Position numbers and translations under genes: made by a program
DNA from: Lytechinus pictus
Lineage: Eukaryota
Reading direction: 5' to 3'
Assembly: GCF_037042905.1 (NCBI RefSeq)
Contig: NC_087246.1
Location: 1,054,001-1,116,000 of the forward strand
Length of the DNA stretch: 62,000 bases
Shown here: piece by piece, positions 13,406-26,030 of the stretch
Numbering within the stretch: position 1 is the stretch's first letter
Layout of the letters: every line of letters begins with the position of its first letter
Notes under the pieces: generated by a model
Told to the model about the DNA's origin: nothing
The model's input: only the letters and a program-made list of their open reading frames with translations
Database searches by the model: none

Positions 13406-14857
13406 TATGAGAGATTACTTACAGAGAGCTTCAACTATAAATGCTAGTGACATAATGATTCTTACTCATCTAGGTTAAATATCTAGGTATGAAAACACTG
13501 CCAAAATTGTATTGCCCAAAATATTACAAATAATTATAAGTTCTTTGATATCAAACCCCCTTGTAAATTATTGACAGTGAAAGATTTTTTTTTCTGAAAT
13601 TGATAGAATAGTGTCAAATGATGAATATAAAAATATATGTGTGAGATCATCTGACAATTCACTCTATGATTTTGAGTGAAGTTCATTTTTTTCTAAAGAC
13701 AGCACCATATCCAGCCATTGCTTTCAGCCTCCACTGGTGTGCAGAAGTTGGTGTATTTAAGCACAATAATTACTAGTTTGTTACACAGATACATGTAACT
13801 GAGCCAGGTTTTTGAAGTGTACAATTATTTCATTTGTTTTTTCAAGTCTTATCAAAATATATCTGGCCTTATTATAATGGTTTTGTAGAGATTGAATGAC
13901 ATATACTAGCCTACATTATACATGTATGTTGAATATCCCATCCAATTAAGAGCCCCCCAAAAATTTAAAATGGCCATATATATGCCAATACATGTATGTA
14001 AAGATCTCTTGGTGAAAATCTCATTTAAAGGGGCTGACACAGAACTAAAATCCATCTATGAATATGAAGCGATTTATCGTACAGTTTAGCAAAATGAATA
14101 ATGCATGGGGTTGCAAACTGTGCTATTACATGTACAAAATATGTGGCTGATTAACATTTCATGAATAATTTCATACTTTGTAAAGCACCAAACCCTCATA
14201 ATTGTTATTTGCATCAATGCAAATGCTTCTAATATAAATGAAGGAGGAAAAAGAACCGAAAACAGATTCTCTTTCTTTCAATACATGTAATGAAAGTAAA
14301 ATGGAAATTTTAATTTTCATGCAAATTGTAATCTCTAATCTGGGGGGAAATGTCAAAAAATGGAAGAATGGTAGATAAGCTCATGACACTTTTTTCTTCA
14401 AAGAAATGAATATTGCTCATCAAGGACCAATTGAGAGTATTTTAATCATGCTAGCATTTAAAAGTGATGCTCTGGTATGGATTGGACAAACAGTATACTC
14501 AATCAATCTACTTCTCAAAAGGTCACTGCATCAAGAATGAGGCTTGCTTTCTCTCCTTCCCCATCTCCCCCCCCCCCCTCCATCTTCATCTCTCTCTCTC
14601 ACCGTCTCTCCTTCTCTCTATTCTGGTTCCCTCAGTCTCTATCCTATCTATCTGTCTCTCCATTTATCTCTTTGTAGGACTCTCTGTAAAATGTATATCA
14701 CATCACTGATCCCGCCCCCTCCCCCCCCCCCCTCTCTCTCTCTCTCTCTCTTCCTGACATAGTAAAGGTTGAACTTAAAAAGGAACATGCTAGCACACAT
14801 GGCTTACACATAATTCAGTAACTCTGAATGTTACATGCATGCACATATAGATCTATA

Positions 14858-15709
14858 GGGGAAGGCGGGGTAAGTTGAGCATAGGGGCAAGTTGAGCCAC
14901 CACCCCCAGGCCAATAATGAATGAGTCAGACATTATGGTGGTGTCATGTATTCATGACCCATTACATAACCCTTAACCCCACCACTTTGTTTTCAACTTT
15001 TAAACAAAAAGTACTTTTTTAGAGGGGAAAAAAAAAATCAGCAAAAAAAGTAAAAAAGGGTGTGAAATAGACCAGTGCTTTTTACCCACACACATCTTCT
15101 AATATAATAAAGAAATTATAAGAACAATATTGTTAGTCCAGGTATGGATTCTCATTCTTGTCAGTCTTTTACATGATGGATGCATAAGAAATGTGTGGAT
15201 GTGAAAATATCGCATGAAGTTCGGACTGGGGTAATATAGAGCCAGCCAGCATGGGGCAAGTTGAGCCATGGTAATTCTTATGGTAATGTAATAAAAAACA
15301 AACCTTAAAAAGCCATTGATATACAAGCAGAAAGGAGCAAATTCACATGACAGTTCTTTTACTTTTAGAGGATGTTAGTATTTATAGAGAATTAGCAAGT
15401 GAAGACTTTTAATAAAAAATTGACATGCTGGTTCTTCCCGCATACATTTTGTACATAGTTTTTGTGGCTCAACTTACCCTAGAAGGTGGCACAACTTACC
15501 CCACAGATGGGGCAAGTTGAGTCATTTGATATCGTTTATTTCAAAGGTCACAATGACTTTCAGTGTGGGGGTAGAAAGTTATAAATAAGTGAAAAATATT
15601 TCCCAAGAATCAAATTTAAAGGCAAGCTACTTATTTCTTCAAACTTATTAGTCATATCAATTCTAACATGCAAAATACAAAAAGTGTCACAACTTACCCC
15701 GCCTTCCCC
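14858..15709. mobile_element. TA-flanked mariner/pogo-like non-autonomous element (852 bp)
   Basis: TA|ggggaaggcggggtaagttg ... caacttaccccgccttcccc|TA; internal gggg(c/t)aagttgagcc motifs. Confidence 0.85.
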
Positions 15710-15879
15710 TATTTATTATATCAGTGTATTGTTTCATACAGGAAAATGAAGTCTAATAGTTATAATTTCAATTATACGCTTTTACATTGTCTTTTCTTAA
15801 CCCTGGGCTATCGCTAACCCCGGACTATCCTTAACCATGTTCTATTTTTTTTTCTTTTCACACATGCAAAATTTTCTAA

Positions 15880-16070
15880 AAGTTCACTGATCTAAATGAC
15901 CTTGACCATGAGACCTGAAAGTCATGGAAGACAGTCAGAGACACTTAATTACCTTTATTTCCAAGTTTCCTCCTATAGATCCATTTAATCTCAAAGCTAT
16001 GACATTTCAAAAATTTCCATGTTGTTGAAGCTATGTAGTCTAGCTCTCCTATGCAGGCGAGACAAAAAAG
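15880..16070 (+). mobile_element. Degenerate fragment of the HINE/Helentron-like tandem-core repeat seen at 22.7-24.0 kb
   Basis: aaatgaccttgacc..gacctgaaa and ccaagtttc motifs; 3' end gcaggcgagacaaaaa. Confidence 0.55.
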
Positions 16071-17256
16071 GTGGACATGCAGTTAGCTCACATACAGGTA
16101 TATGCACAATCGATTGGTACCTCTATTAGGCTATCCTAAAATATTTGTTTATGAGGATATAAAAAACACTTGTATCACAACATACTTTTAACAAATATTA
16201 ATCACAACAATAGAAAAAATTAATTCAAATTTTTTCATTTTTAATTTCAAGTGGGAATTCATATTACCTTCAAAAATAAATAAATACCAACATACCAGAA
16301 ACATAAATGTATTATAAAAAAACCTGACTTTACCATTCATTTGATCATGCATGTAAAGGCACGCACCTACAATAAGTCATCGTGCAATGTCAAGCTGTTC
16401 AGACAGGCCGTATCCAGACAGCATCTTAACAGAACGTCTGACTGGGCTCAGACGGTTGTGATTTTACCTCACTTCCACACTCGTCAGATCAGGACAAAAA
16501 TTGACAAAATTATTCCCTTCTAATTCATCCCAATACATCAGTGAGTAGGAGCATTTTATTTGGCAGGGGTAATTATTTTTTACCCTGACTTTGTCAAGAA
16601 AAGGCAGTAAGAAAAGCAACTGTTAAGATTTGGCTTTAAATGTATTCTCATTGTGGAGGTGGATTCTTCAATTTTTTTTTATTTGATATGTCAGAGTACA
16701 ACACTTGATAACTCTTAATAATGGTGAGTTGGTGACCAATCGGCATTGTCATATTCATAAATAGAAGCGGTTCATTTTTGCAGTACAAATTAAAAACAAA
16801 ACTCCTGGTGAAGTATTTACAACATTAGGGTCTATATGTGTATCAATCATAATTACAAGTGCAAGTCACAATTACAAATTCAAACATCAACATGTACAAA
16901 ATTGTGCTTTAACTAGTACCATAGGCATACATGTAGCATGTTTTCAGAGCAGGAAAGCAGGAATTCATGCATCTTTCATGCAATTCATTCATGCCTACAT
17001 GTAATAATGCATGAATACACACATTTCAAGAAATGGCAATACACAAAAATATGAAATCAGACTCAGATATTGTAAACATTTGAGATGCAGAATTCATTTT
17101 CTGTTAAAAACAAATGGAAGAGGGAATTCTACCAGGCCATATGGGTTATTTGTTTAAAATGTTTTCCTTCTTCACACACCTTTATTTTTCCTTGTTCCAG
17201 AATATTCGTCATTTCGTGAATAATGGTTTCAAGATGACTGATGTTGGCATGACCTT

Positions 17257-17273
17257 GTCAGCAGAGGGCGCTA
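17257..17273 (+). promoter_or_regulatory. CTCF-like motif
   Basis: gtcagcagagggcgcta closely matches the CCASYAGRKGGCRS consensus and lies in non-repeat sequence. Confidence 0.45.
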
Positions 17274-17421
17274 TAATTGAATCTACAACAACTGCCATTG
17301 ACTAGTTCTGTTTTATGCTCACATAACACACTTGTTATTTATAACTTGAAATATAATAGTCAGTACTTTGTATTTGTCAGTTTATCATGATTTGGGATTT
17401 AAACATTTTAAAGACCTACTA

Positions 17422-19760
17422 AGGTCAAGTTCACCCTAAAAATCAAATGTTGATTTGTATAGAAAGAGAAAAATCAAACAAGCAAAACACTAAAAAATTC
17501 AATCAAAATCGAATGTAAAATAAGGAAGTCATGACATTTTAAAGTTACGCTTATTTTTCACAAAACAGTTATATATGCACAACTCAGTGATATGCAAATG
17601 AGGAAATCAATGATGTTCCTCACTCACTAATTCTTTTGTTTTTATTGTTTGAATTATACAATATATCCTTTTTTACTGATGTGACAATAGGGACCAACTT
17701 GACTAATAAACAATGGTAATTCTACATGTTCAGGGATGAAAAAAACTTTGTTTCACAGGAAAATGAGGAGAAAATTAGTAAGCCTGAGTCGAATCGATTT
17801 TAAAATCGGTGTTCGATCGATGTCATCGAGCGCCGGTGCAGATTTTGCAAAATCGGTGCATCGAAAAAATAAATAAATAAAAATACGTCGGCCGGCCGAT
17901 TCGTTTGGTTCACACAATCAATCATCAAAATAAACAGAAATGTCCAACTTGACTACTAGTACTACTTACTTGATTTGTATTCCCCCCAAAATGAAACCGA
18001 TTGTGTAATTATGATGCCCATTCACCATTAATTTGAAGTTTATTTCGATCATAGTTCGAGTCTTACTCGTCTGCTCGTGCCGAGATAATTTATGCACGAT
18101 GAATTCATGAATGGCCGGAAATCGTCGATCGTGCAGCGCATGCGCTGTACTATGCTTTAATCAAAACAGAAAATGGCCGGAAAATTGACGCAATCAACGT
18201 AAAATAAACCTTGCTATCATGAACAATATTAATATCATGACCATAGAACATTATTTAATCGTAATATTCGACAATAATTTGCATATGATAATCATTAATA
18301 TGAATTTAGAGCTTGATGTGAAACGTTTGTATTTCGTTTCAATTTTCAATGACGGACATCACATGACGATCGACTTGAGCGAGTGCACTTGTCTAAAAAA
18401 AAAAATTATCACGTCAGGATTGATTCTCGAACATTGTCAACATGCAGAAACTTTTTCAAGATCGTAATATCTCCATATAATAACATTTTACATGACAAAA
18501 CAAAGTAAATTGCATGATATTTTTTTCCCATCAATTTGAAGCTAATTTGTGCCCAACTAATTCGGGCTCTGATGTTCATGAATGGAAAATATGTCCTACG
18601 TCAACGAACGCGCATGCACATTGTGCTTTTTTTTCTCGGAGCCAGCTAGCTCCGGAGACGTCCAGGCCAGAGATGGAATAAAAAGAAAAATAATGCCAGT
18701 ATAATACTATAAGTACTTCCATATGAACATGACATGCTTTGCTAACATTGTCAATATCTTTAATATGGCCATAAAATCTTATTAAATCGTAATTATTTAA
18801 CATCCAATAATAATTTATATGAATTTAGTGCTCGATCCGAGACGCATTTATTTCGATCGCATGCTCTTGTCTTGTGTCTAAAATTAAAAAAATATGGATT
18901 ATCATATCAGGATTAATTCTCGAACATCGTCATTACTCATATTCCACAATCTTTCCTCACAATCGTTATATCAGCATTGAATACCAATTCAAATGACCAT
19001 CCAGAGAAAATTACGTATTTATTCCCGTCAATTTGGAGCTCATTTTGGATCTAACTACACAATCTCAGGCAAGTTACAGTGCTCCCGCTGGTTGCACTTT
19101 TTTGCTGGCGCTGGCCGGGGCTAGCTGCGGGCGGGGCTGGTGTGTGCGAGTCTGGACCTCGAATGCTAGTTGACCGAAAATCGTTCGGATCGACTATGCG
19201 TGATTCATGTCTTTGATATTGTTTCATTTTAAACTTATATATTGTCATCTGCAAATATCATTGTTGATGATATTTTGGGAAGAATTCTGCATTGGTCCCC
19301 GGCTTTTTTGTGTTTTGTGATCATGGAAAATACAAACGAACTTTGCTCTGTCATCTGCTTGTGCAACGCTCACCCAGCCAGCGCATACCGTCAGTGCATG
19401 CAATGCGTGCATAGCGCATCGACGCGACGGCCGGAGCAAAAAAAAGATTGATTCGATTTTCCCCGCCGCGCCTTCAAAATTCGATTCATCGATGTTCGAT
19501 CGAATTAAAGCTGTCGAACACCGGTTTTCAAAATAATCGATATGACTCAGGCTTAAAAATTAGAATACTTCATATATCATGTAATAGAATACAACAGAAA
19601 AAGTGAGTAGGTGACATCTTCAGTTACCTCGTTTGCATACCGACCAAAATCTCATCACTTTCTTATTTTACATTCGATTTTGATGATATTTTCAGTGATA
19701 TGCTTCTTGATTTTTTCTCTTTTTATTTGAATAAACTTTTTGTTGGGGTAGACTTATCCT
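17422..19760. mobile_element. Kolobok-like TTAA MITE (aggtcaagt(c/t)caccc family) interrupted by hAT-like copy 2
   Basis: Left aggtcaagttcaccc, right ggggtagacttatcct-TTAA. The host sequence gaggagaaaattag|aatacttc is restored when 17779-19563 is removed. Confidence 0.8.
17779..19555 (-). mobile_element. hAT-like non-autonomous DNA transposon, copy 2 (1777 bp), inverted relative to 3208-4993
   Basis: TIR taagcctgagtc / gactcaggctta; exact 8-bp TSD aaaattag (17771-17778 and 19556-19563); reverse-complement similarity to copy 1 along its length. Confidence 0.9.
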
Positions 19761-19778
19761 TTAAATGTAACTCTTTAA

Positions 19779-20072
19779 GGGGAAGTTCACCCTGACAAAA
19801 AGTTTATTTTTTAAAAAGCAGGAAAAGTACTAAAAAATATTGCCAAAGGTATCAGAAAAATCCATCAAAGAATTAAAAAGGTATTAGACTTTTGATTATT
19901 GGATTTGTGACGTCATATACTAGCAGCATTCCTACATAGCGAATGGTAAAAAATCAATGAAATGTCATTTTCTTAAAAAATTGAAAATGGTTTTTACTGT
20001 ATCTTTTGTACATCGATTGGCAAAATTATTTCACACCCGATCATGAAAAGAAAACAAAAATAAGTCACCAGA
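19779..20072. mobile_element. Truncated second copy of the 11171-11666 Kolobok-like MITE
   Basis: TTAA-ggggaagttcaccctgacaaaaag matches the reverse complement of the right arm of 11171-11666. It is cut at ~20075 by a tagggttg.. element end. Confidence 0.8.
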
Positions 20073-20544
20073 AAGTAGGGTTGTAATAAAAAACGTTTTT
20101 CATAAAAAAAAACCAAATAAAACGCTTTTAATTGTTTTAAATCGTTTTAAAACGTTTTTTTTCCAACGAACGATGTAATTTTCTGTAAATCAATTAAATT
20201 GTACACTTAATACAGTGTGATTTAAGCTCTTGATGTTTTAAATACATTTTTTGGAGTAAGTAAGAGATGACTACAATTTTTGTTACTGAATTTCCAACAG
20301 AAAAGTTCATATTTTCCCCCAAATAACTAAATCAAGGAAATTGAATGTCGAAAAAGTCGAAAAAGTTTATTCCTCATACATATGATGTAGTCTCAGGTTT
20401 TTTTAGTCTTGTCTATCTAGGGGGTGAGAAGAATTTGCACAATGTAAGAAAATGACATAATCTTTAGACTATAGGCTTTCAATGCTTAATTTCATTTACT
20501 CAATATGCTTTATTTCATTTGAATCAATTGTACCAATTTTAAGT

Positions 20545-20773
20545 AATAATAATAATAAAAGTCCGCTTTTATATACTGCTTAATACATCGGAACGACATG
20601 TCTAAGCGCTTTAAAGATTTATTATTACCACAGTCATCCGATTCAATCAGTCATTCCCGCACACAATGTATGCACATCCTCCACTCCCTGGGTAGTATTC
20701 AAGTCAGTCGCCAGTGAGGCGTACACAGTACTGGACAAGCTACAATGACTTTTACATTCTACCGGGTACCCAT
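20545..20773 (-). mobile_element. 5'-truncated SINE with an L2-type tail
   Basis: On - it starts atgggtacccggtag (similar to conserved SINE central domains) and ends aagcgcttag...tatataaaaagcg..(tat)n. Confidence 0.55.
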
Positions 20774-20842
20774 AAGTGCATGATATACAAAATTGGGTTT
20801 AAATCTATAAATATTAGGCCCTTGAACTGCTTATTTCTTTAA

Positions 20843-22680
20843 AGGACAAGTCCACCCAAATAAAAAGTTTATTTGAATAAAAAGAGAAAAATCAACTAAG
20901 CATAACACTGAAAATTTCATCAAAATCGGATGTAAACTAAGAAAGTTATGACATTTTAAAGTTTCGCTAAATTTCACAAAACAGTTATATGCACATCCTG
21001 GTCGGTATGCAAATGAGGGGACTGATGATGTCATCCACTCACTATTTCTTTTGTATTTTATTATATGAAATATGAAATATTCTAATTTTCTCCTCATTGT
21101 TAAGTGAATCAATGATTAATTCCTCCCTGAACATATGAAATTAGCATTGTTTAATACTATAGGGGAGACCGGGGTTAGTTGGAACATGGGGTAAGTTGAA
21201 ACATTGTAATTTTCTTTAACGTCTTTAAATAAATTTCTGCAATACTGCCCTCAAGTTATTGTCATTATCAAGAGCCATCCACCATATTACAGACAACACA
21301 TGTGCAACAAGCCTGGTGAAGTTAGAAACAAATTTTTGTTTTTTGACCTTCTGAGTAATTTTTTTCTCGTTCAGAAATGTTTGATTATCTCAGAGAAGTT
21401 TATAGATCAAGTTGGCCAGTTTGGGGGTATAATAGACACTTATACCAAGCTACAAAATGAGGTTATTAATATGCCATGGTGAAGTCCCTTTTTTGTGCTG
21501 TAAGCTTATAAATGTCAAATGGGCCTCCGGGGTTAGTTGGAACAAAGTTGAAGGGGCTAGTTGGAACATGTTCCAACTTACCCTAAACATCATAATCAAA
21601 CATCATAATTTTTCAACCAAAAGTCTTAAATGTATGATTTACTTTTGCTGGTTCAAATAGATTCATTTTATACTATTTATGATCGCAAAAGACTCCTGAC
21701 AAAGTCCATCGGAAAAAACAAAGTTCGGAAAACAAAAATACAAATTTAAAAAAAAAAAAAAAAACCATAATAAATTACATTTTTTGAATTTTTGGTGGAT
21801 ATTTGTTATAAATGTGAAAATTGATACTCTCACCAAAAATTAGCATTCTACTACATGTAGCTTAATAAATAGAGTTAAAGGCAAAAACATACCAAAAAAA
21901 GCAAATTTCAGGAAAATTTTATATGCTTATTTGCATAATTAATTATGAAAAAAATATAAACAATTAATTTTTGTCTTATAAATTTGATGCAGAAGTACAT
22001 GAAATTGCTGAGAGTACACCTAATTGCATGTAAACTCAAATGCACCCAAATATGCGGAATTCTACTACACAGTCTGCTTGTGTGAGTGGCTGTATAATAG
22101 AAAGCCTAAATTTCAATGAATCCACACTTTAATATTTTGAACTTGAATAAGATAAAGCAAATAGGCTAAAACCATGTGATATTACAGATTCAAGTAGTTT
22201 AAGTATAATTCTTAATTGACCATGCAGTGTTCCAACTTACCCCATACCATGTTCCAACTTACCCCGATATGGGGGTAAGTTGGAACGTTTGCGATGGTCT
22301 TGTTCAAGTTGGATTTTTTCAGTAACCATAATGGAGTTAAAAATTTTATGGGGTACATTTGAAGCCCTGAGATATATGCTTCAAGCTGATATATCGATTG
22401 TTTCTCGAATAAAATCTATTTGGATTTTACAGCCATTTCTGTCAAAAATGTTCCAACTAACCCCGGTCTCCCCTATGGTTCAGTCAAGTTGGTCCTTATT
22501 GTCAAATCTGTAAAAAATGAAACATTGTATAATTCAAACAATAAAAAACAAAAGAAATAGTGAGTGATACACATCATCGATTGTCTCATTGCATATCACT
22601 GTTTTGTGAAAAATAAGCGAAACTTTAAAATGTCATAACTTTCTTATTTTACATCCGATTTTGATGAAATTTTCAGCATT
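20843..22680. mobile_element. Kolobok-like TTAA MITE (aggacaagtccaccc family), interrupted and right-truncated
   Basis: TTAA at 20839-20842 followed by the TIR. The body resumes after the TA element at 22476 and stops at ~22680 where another repeat begins. Confidence 0.8.
21162..22473 (+). mobile_element. TA-flanked mariner/pogo-like non-autonomous element (1312 bp)
   Basis: TA|ggggagaccggggttagttggaaca ... tgttccaactaaccccggtctcccc|TA, a perfect 26-bp TIR. Confidence 0.9.
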
Positions 22681-24046
22681 TGACCTTGACATGATATGTC
22701 CCCATAACTGATATTTTGAAGAAAATTGAAGATGTAGATTTTGAGATTTTAGTGGAACAAGAAAAGGGTGGAAAAATAAAATAAAGAAACAAATAAATAA
22801 ATAAAAAAGAAAATTTGTACGAAATTAATAGTTGATCTGTCGATTGACAGATCACCTAATAATTATTCACAAAAAACACCATTCATATAATGATACAATA
22901 CTACATTCATAGACAATAAATGACATTTGACCTTGATCATGCAACCTACGTGTAAGACTTGTCAGTGATAGTTGATTACCCCTATATCCACATTTTATAA
23001 ACTATATCTATATCGACGCTATATAACCCATGCGCAGCAGCGTCTTTACTCATTGCCTCATTACGAAACGTCACTCTCCAACTACATTTGATACATTGTC
23101 AGACAACTGGTTATTTCTACTTCTCAATCCTTCACCACGATGAACCTCTTCCACATCATATATCTATAAACTTTGAAAGTTATGACAGCAATCTAATAAT
23201 TACCTCCAAAAGTTCAATGACCTTAAATGACCTTTGAATTTGGTCATGTGACCTGAAACTCGCACAGGATGTTCAGTGATACTTGATTACTCTGTCCAAG
23301 TTTTATGAACTAGACCAATACACTTACAGAGTAATTATGGTAATTCAACAAATAACCCCAACATGGCCAAAGTTCATTGACCTACCTTTCACCTTGGTCA
23401 TGTGACCTGAAACTCGCAGAGGATGTTGAGTGTGCTTGATTACTCTTATGTCCAAGTTTCATGAATCAGATCTATAAACTTTCCAAGTTATGATGGTAAT
23501 TCAACAGATACCCCCATTATAGCCAGTTCATTGACCTTTGACCATGGTTATGTGACCTGAAATTCGCACAGGAAAGTTATGATGGTAATTTACCAAATAC
23601 CCCAACTTGGCCAAAGCTCATTGACCTTAAAATGACCTTTGACCTTAATCATGTGACCTGAAACTTGCACATGATGTTCAGTTATTCTTGATTACTCTTT
23701 TGTCCAAGTTTCATGAATCAGATCCATAAACTTTCAAAGTTATGATGACATTTAAAAAACTTAACCTTAGGTTAAGATTTCGATATTGATTCCCCAAACA
23801 TGGTCTAAGCTCATTGACCCTAAATGACCTTTGAACTTTGTCATGTGACCTGAAACCAAGGCAGAATATTCAGAAATACTTTATTACCCTTATGTCCAAG
23901 TTTCATGAACTAGGTCCATATACTTTCTATTAAAGTTATGATGTCATTTCAAAATCTTAACTTTAGGTTAAGATTTGATGTTTACGACGCCGCCGCCGCA
24001 GCAACTAAAGTCTCACTCTGCAACATGTATGCAGATGAGACAAAAG
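22681..24046 (+). mobile_element. Helentron-associated (HINE/pearl-like) non-autonomous element with a central tandem array
   Basis: About 6-7 degenerate ~120-130-bp units (tgacctttgacct..catgtgacctgaaact..tccaagtttcatgaa), then a (GCC)n microsatellite at ~23988 and a 3' hairpin gtctca-tctgca..tgcaga-tgagac followed by an A-run. Family assignment is inferred from this architecture. Confidence 0.6.
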
Positions 24047-24212
24047 CGGGAGTGGTTGAGAGGTAGCAGAAGCAGTATACATGTGACAAGATGGAATTTT
24101 TTCATTGCTGGTAGACCTACTAAACATGACTATTAATTGCATTTGCAATCTTCTTCTTCCACTAATCCCGGAGATCTGTAGCTGGTTGCTGCATTGTTGA
24201 ATAAATAGAGTA

Positions 24213-24863
24213 GGGGAGACCGAGGTTAGTTGGAACATTTTTTACTAAAATGGCTGTAAAATCCAAATAGATTTATTTGAGAAACAATCAATATATCAGC
24301 TTGAAGCATAGGTCTTAAATGCACACTCAGACCTAACTGAGAAACAAAACAAGCATGGTTATACAATACATGTTCAGAAGAGTGTGAAATACTGTTTACA
24401 TTTTTTTCTCATATCCAATGTTTTATTCATAATTATGTTTGGGGTAAGTTGGAACATGTTCCAACTAGCCCCTTCAATTTTGTCCCAACTAACCCCAGAG
24501 GCCCATTTGACATTTATAAGCTTACAGCACAAAAAAGAGACTTCACCATGGCATATTAATAACCTTATTTTGTAGCTTGGTACAAGTGTCCATTATACCC
24601 CCAAACAGGCCAACTTGATCGATAAACTTCTCTGAGATAATAAAAAATTTCTGAAAGAGAAAAAAATTACTCAGAAGGTGAAAAACCCAAAATTTCTGTC
24701 TAACTTCACCAGGCTTGTTGCACATGTGTTGTCTGTAATATGGAGGATGGCTGTTGATAATAGCAATAAATTGAGTGCAGTATTGCATAAATTTATTTAA
24801 AGGCATTAAAGAAAATTACAATGTTTCAACTTACCCCGCGTTCCAAATAACCCCGATTTCCCC
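24213..24863 (-). mobile_element. Internally deleted inverted copy of the 21162-22473 element
   Basis: 24213-~24310 is the reverse complement of the right end and ~24430-24863 of the left ~440 bp, with ~120 bp of unrelated sequence between. Confidence 0.85.
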
Positions 24864-25660
24864 TGCTCCAAACACTTCCTCCGAGTTGAACATAAACCGG
24901 TGATCATTGTCATGTTTAAACATTCAAGAGAGAGGAGAGAGAAAGGAGATACGAGTGATGTGGATTTTGCGCAGGAAGAGTAAGAGTTTAGTGGACAGCT
25001 TGTCTTGTATAAAGGAAGCTAGTCTTAGATAGACTGGTAATTAAAATAGACTTAGCATCTAGTCTTCAATCACAAGTATCACCGTGGCCGCCTGCCAAGC
25101 ATACTTTCAATATTCTCGAATCAGCGATGAATTTATAACACGTAAAATCATTGATTTTGAGACTGATAGAACCATGGGCATGGAAAGGAGTGGACTACAA
25201 TGTACATGTAGTTGCTGATCGCTTGAATACCTCTTAAAGATGCCTGGCAAGTTAATCTTTTGCATTACTTACATGTATACTTACTTTTGACGGGTACAAA
25301 TCAGGAATTAACGGTTCAATTCCTATGGACTCAACCTGACGGTTTGTGTAGTGTAGTGTAGAGTACTGTAGTGGAGCATACATTACTATCACCTGAGCCT
25401 GAGGTAGATCTGGATCTAACTTGTAATGTTACAACGAACATGCAAATTACGTATTACTTCGCCATCTGCAATTCTTTTACTGCTTCTCCACTCACCTGTC
25501 ACTGCCTAACCAAAATAGTTCTATAAATCATTTGCAATGTTGAAACTTGAAAGGTGTTTTGTAAATATCCTACCACACAGAAAAGCTTTGAAGATCGAGA
25601 AAACAGCAGAGTCAATGCACTCTTGTGCACGATCGGTATGTGTGTGCAAATGCACAATAT

Positions 25661-26030
25661 CAGGGCTCGAATTAAGAATTGAGAGGGGCAAGGCCATTTT
25701 AAAAAGGGCACTTTCAGCTTGGGGCAAAGTGGCCTTGGATGCCCCCAAATTTCGAGGGGGCATCAAGGCCATCCTAAAGGGCATGAAGGCCACTTTTATT
25801 CTGGTCAAAATGGCACCAAGGTAAATTTTTCTAAAAACGACAAGTAGGCTATTGTAGTGCAACCTACTCCGGCACTTCCTTATCTGATTAAATATCAGAG
25901 TGTAGATCTGTTGAGAAAAAATCTTTCTGGTGCACCAAAATCAATTTTGGTGAAAATTTCTAGGGCTCCATTTTTCTGGTGCTTCCTTTCCACTTCTAAA
26001 ATATTTCATTGTTTTTATGTTCACTTTCCT
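25661..26030 (+). mobile_element. Probable hAT-like element end (cagggctcgaa...) with repeated gggca/ggcca subterminal motifs
   Basis: CAGGG terminus and clustered short motifs; no partner TIR found. Confidence 0.4.

Noticed and set aside
16330..16500. Candidate minus-strand exon 2 for the 28.9-kb gene
   Set aside because: Donor-like sites exist, but there is no clear acceptor and no reading frame resembling the expected continuation.
25499..25862. Overlapping 70-113-aa ORFs on both strands
   Set aside because: They cross the junction into a repeat end at 25661 and show no recognisable domain.
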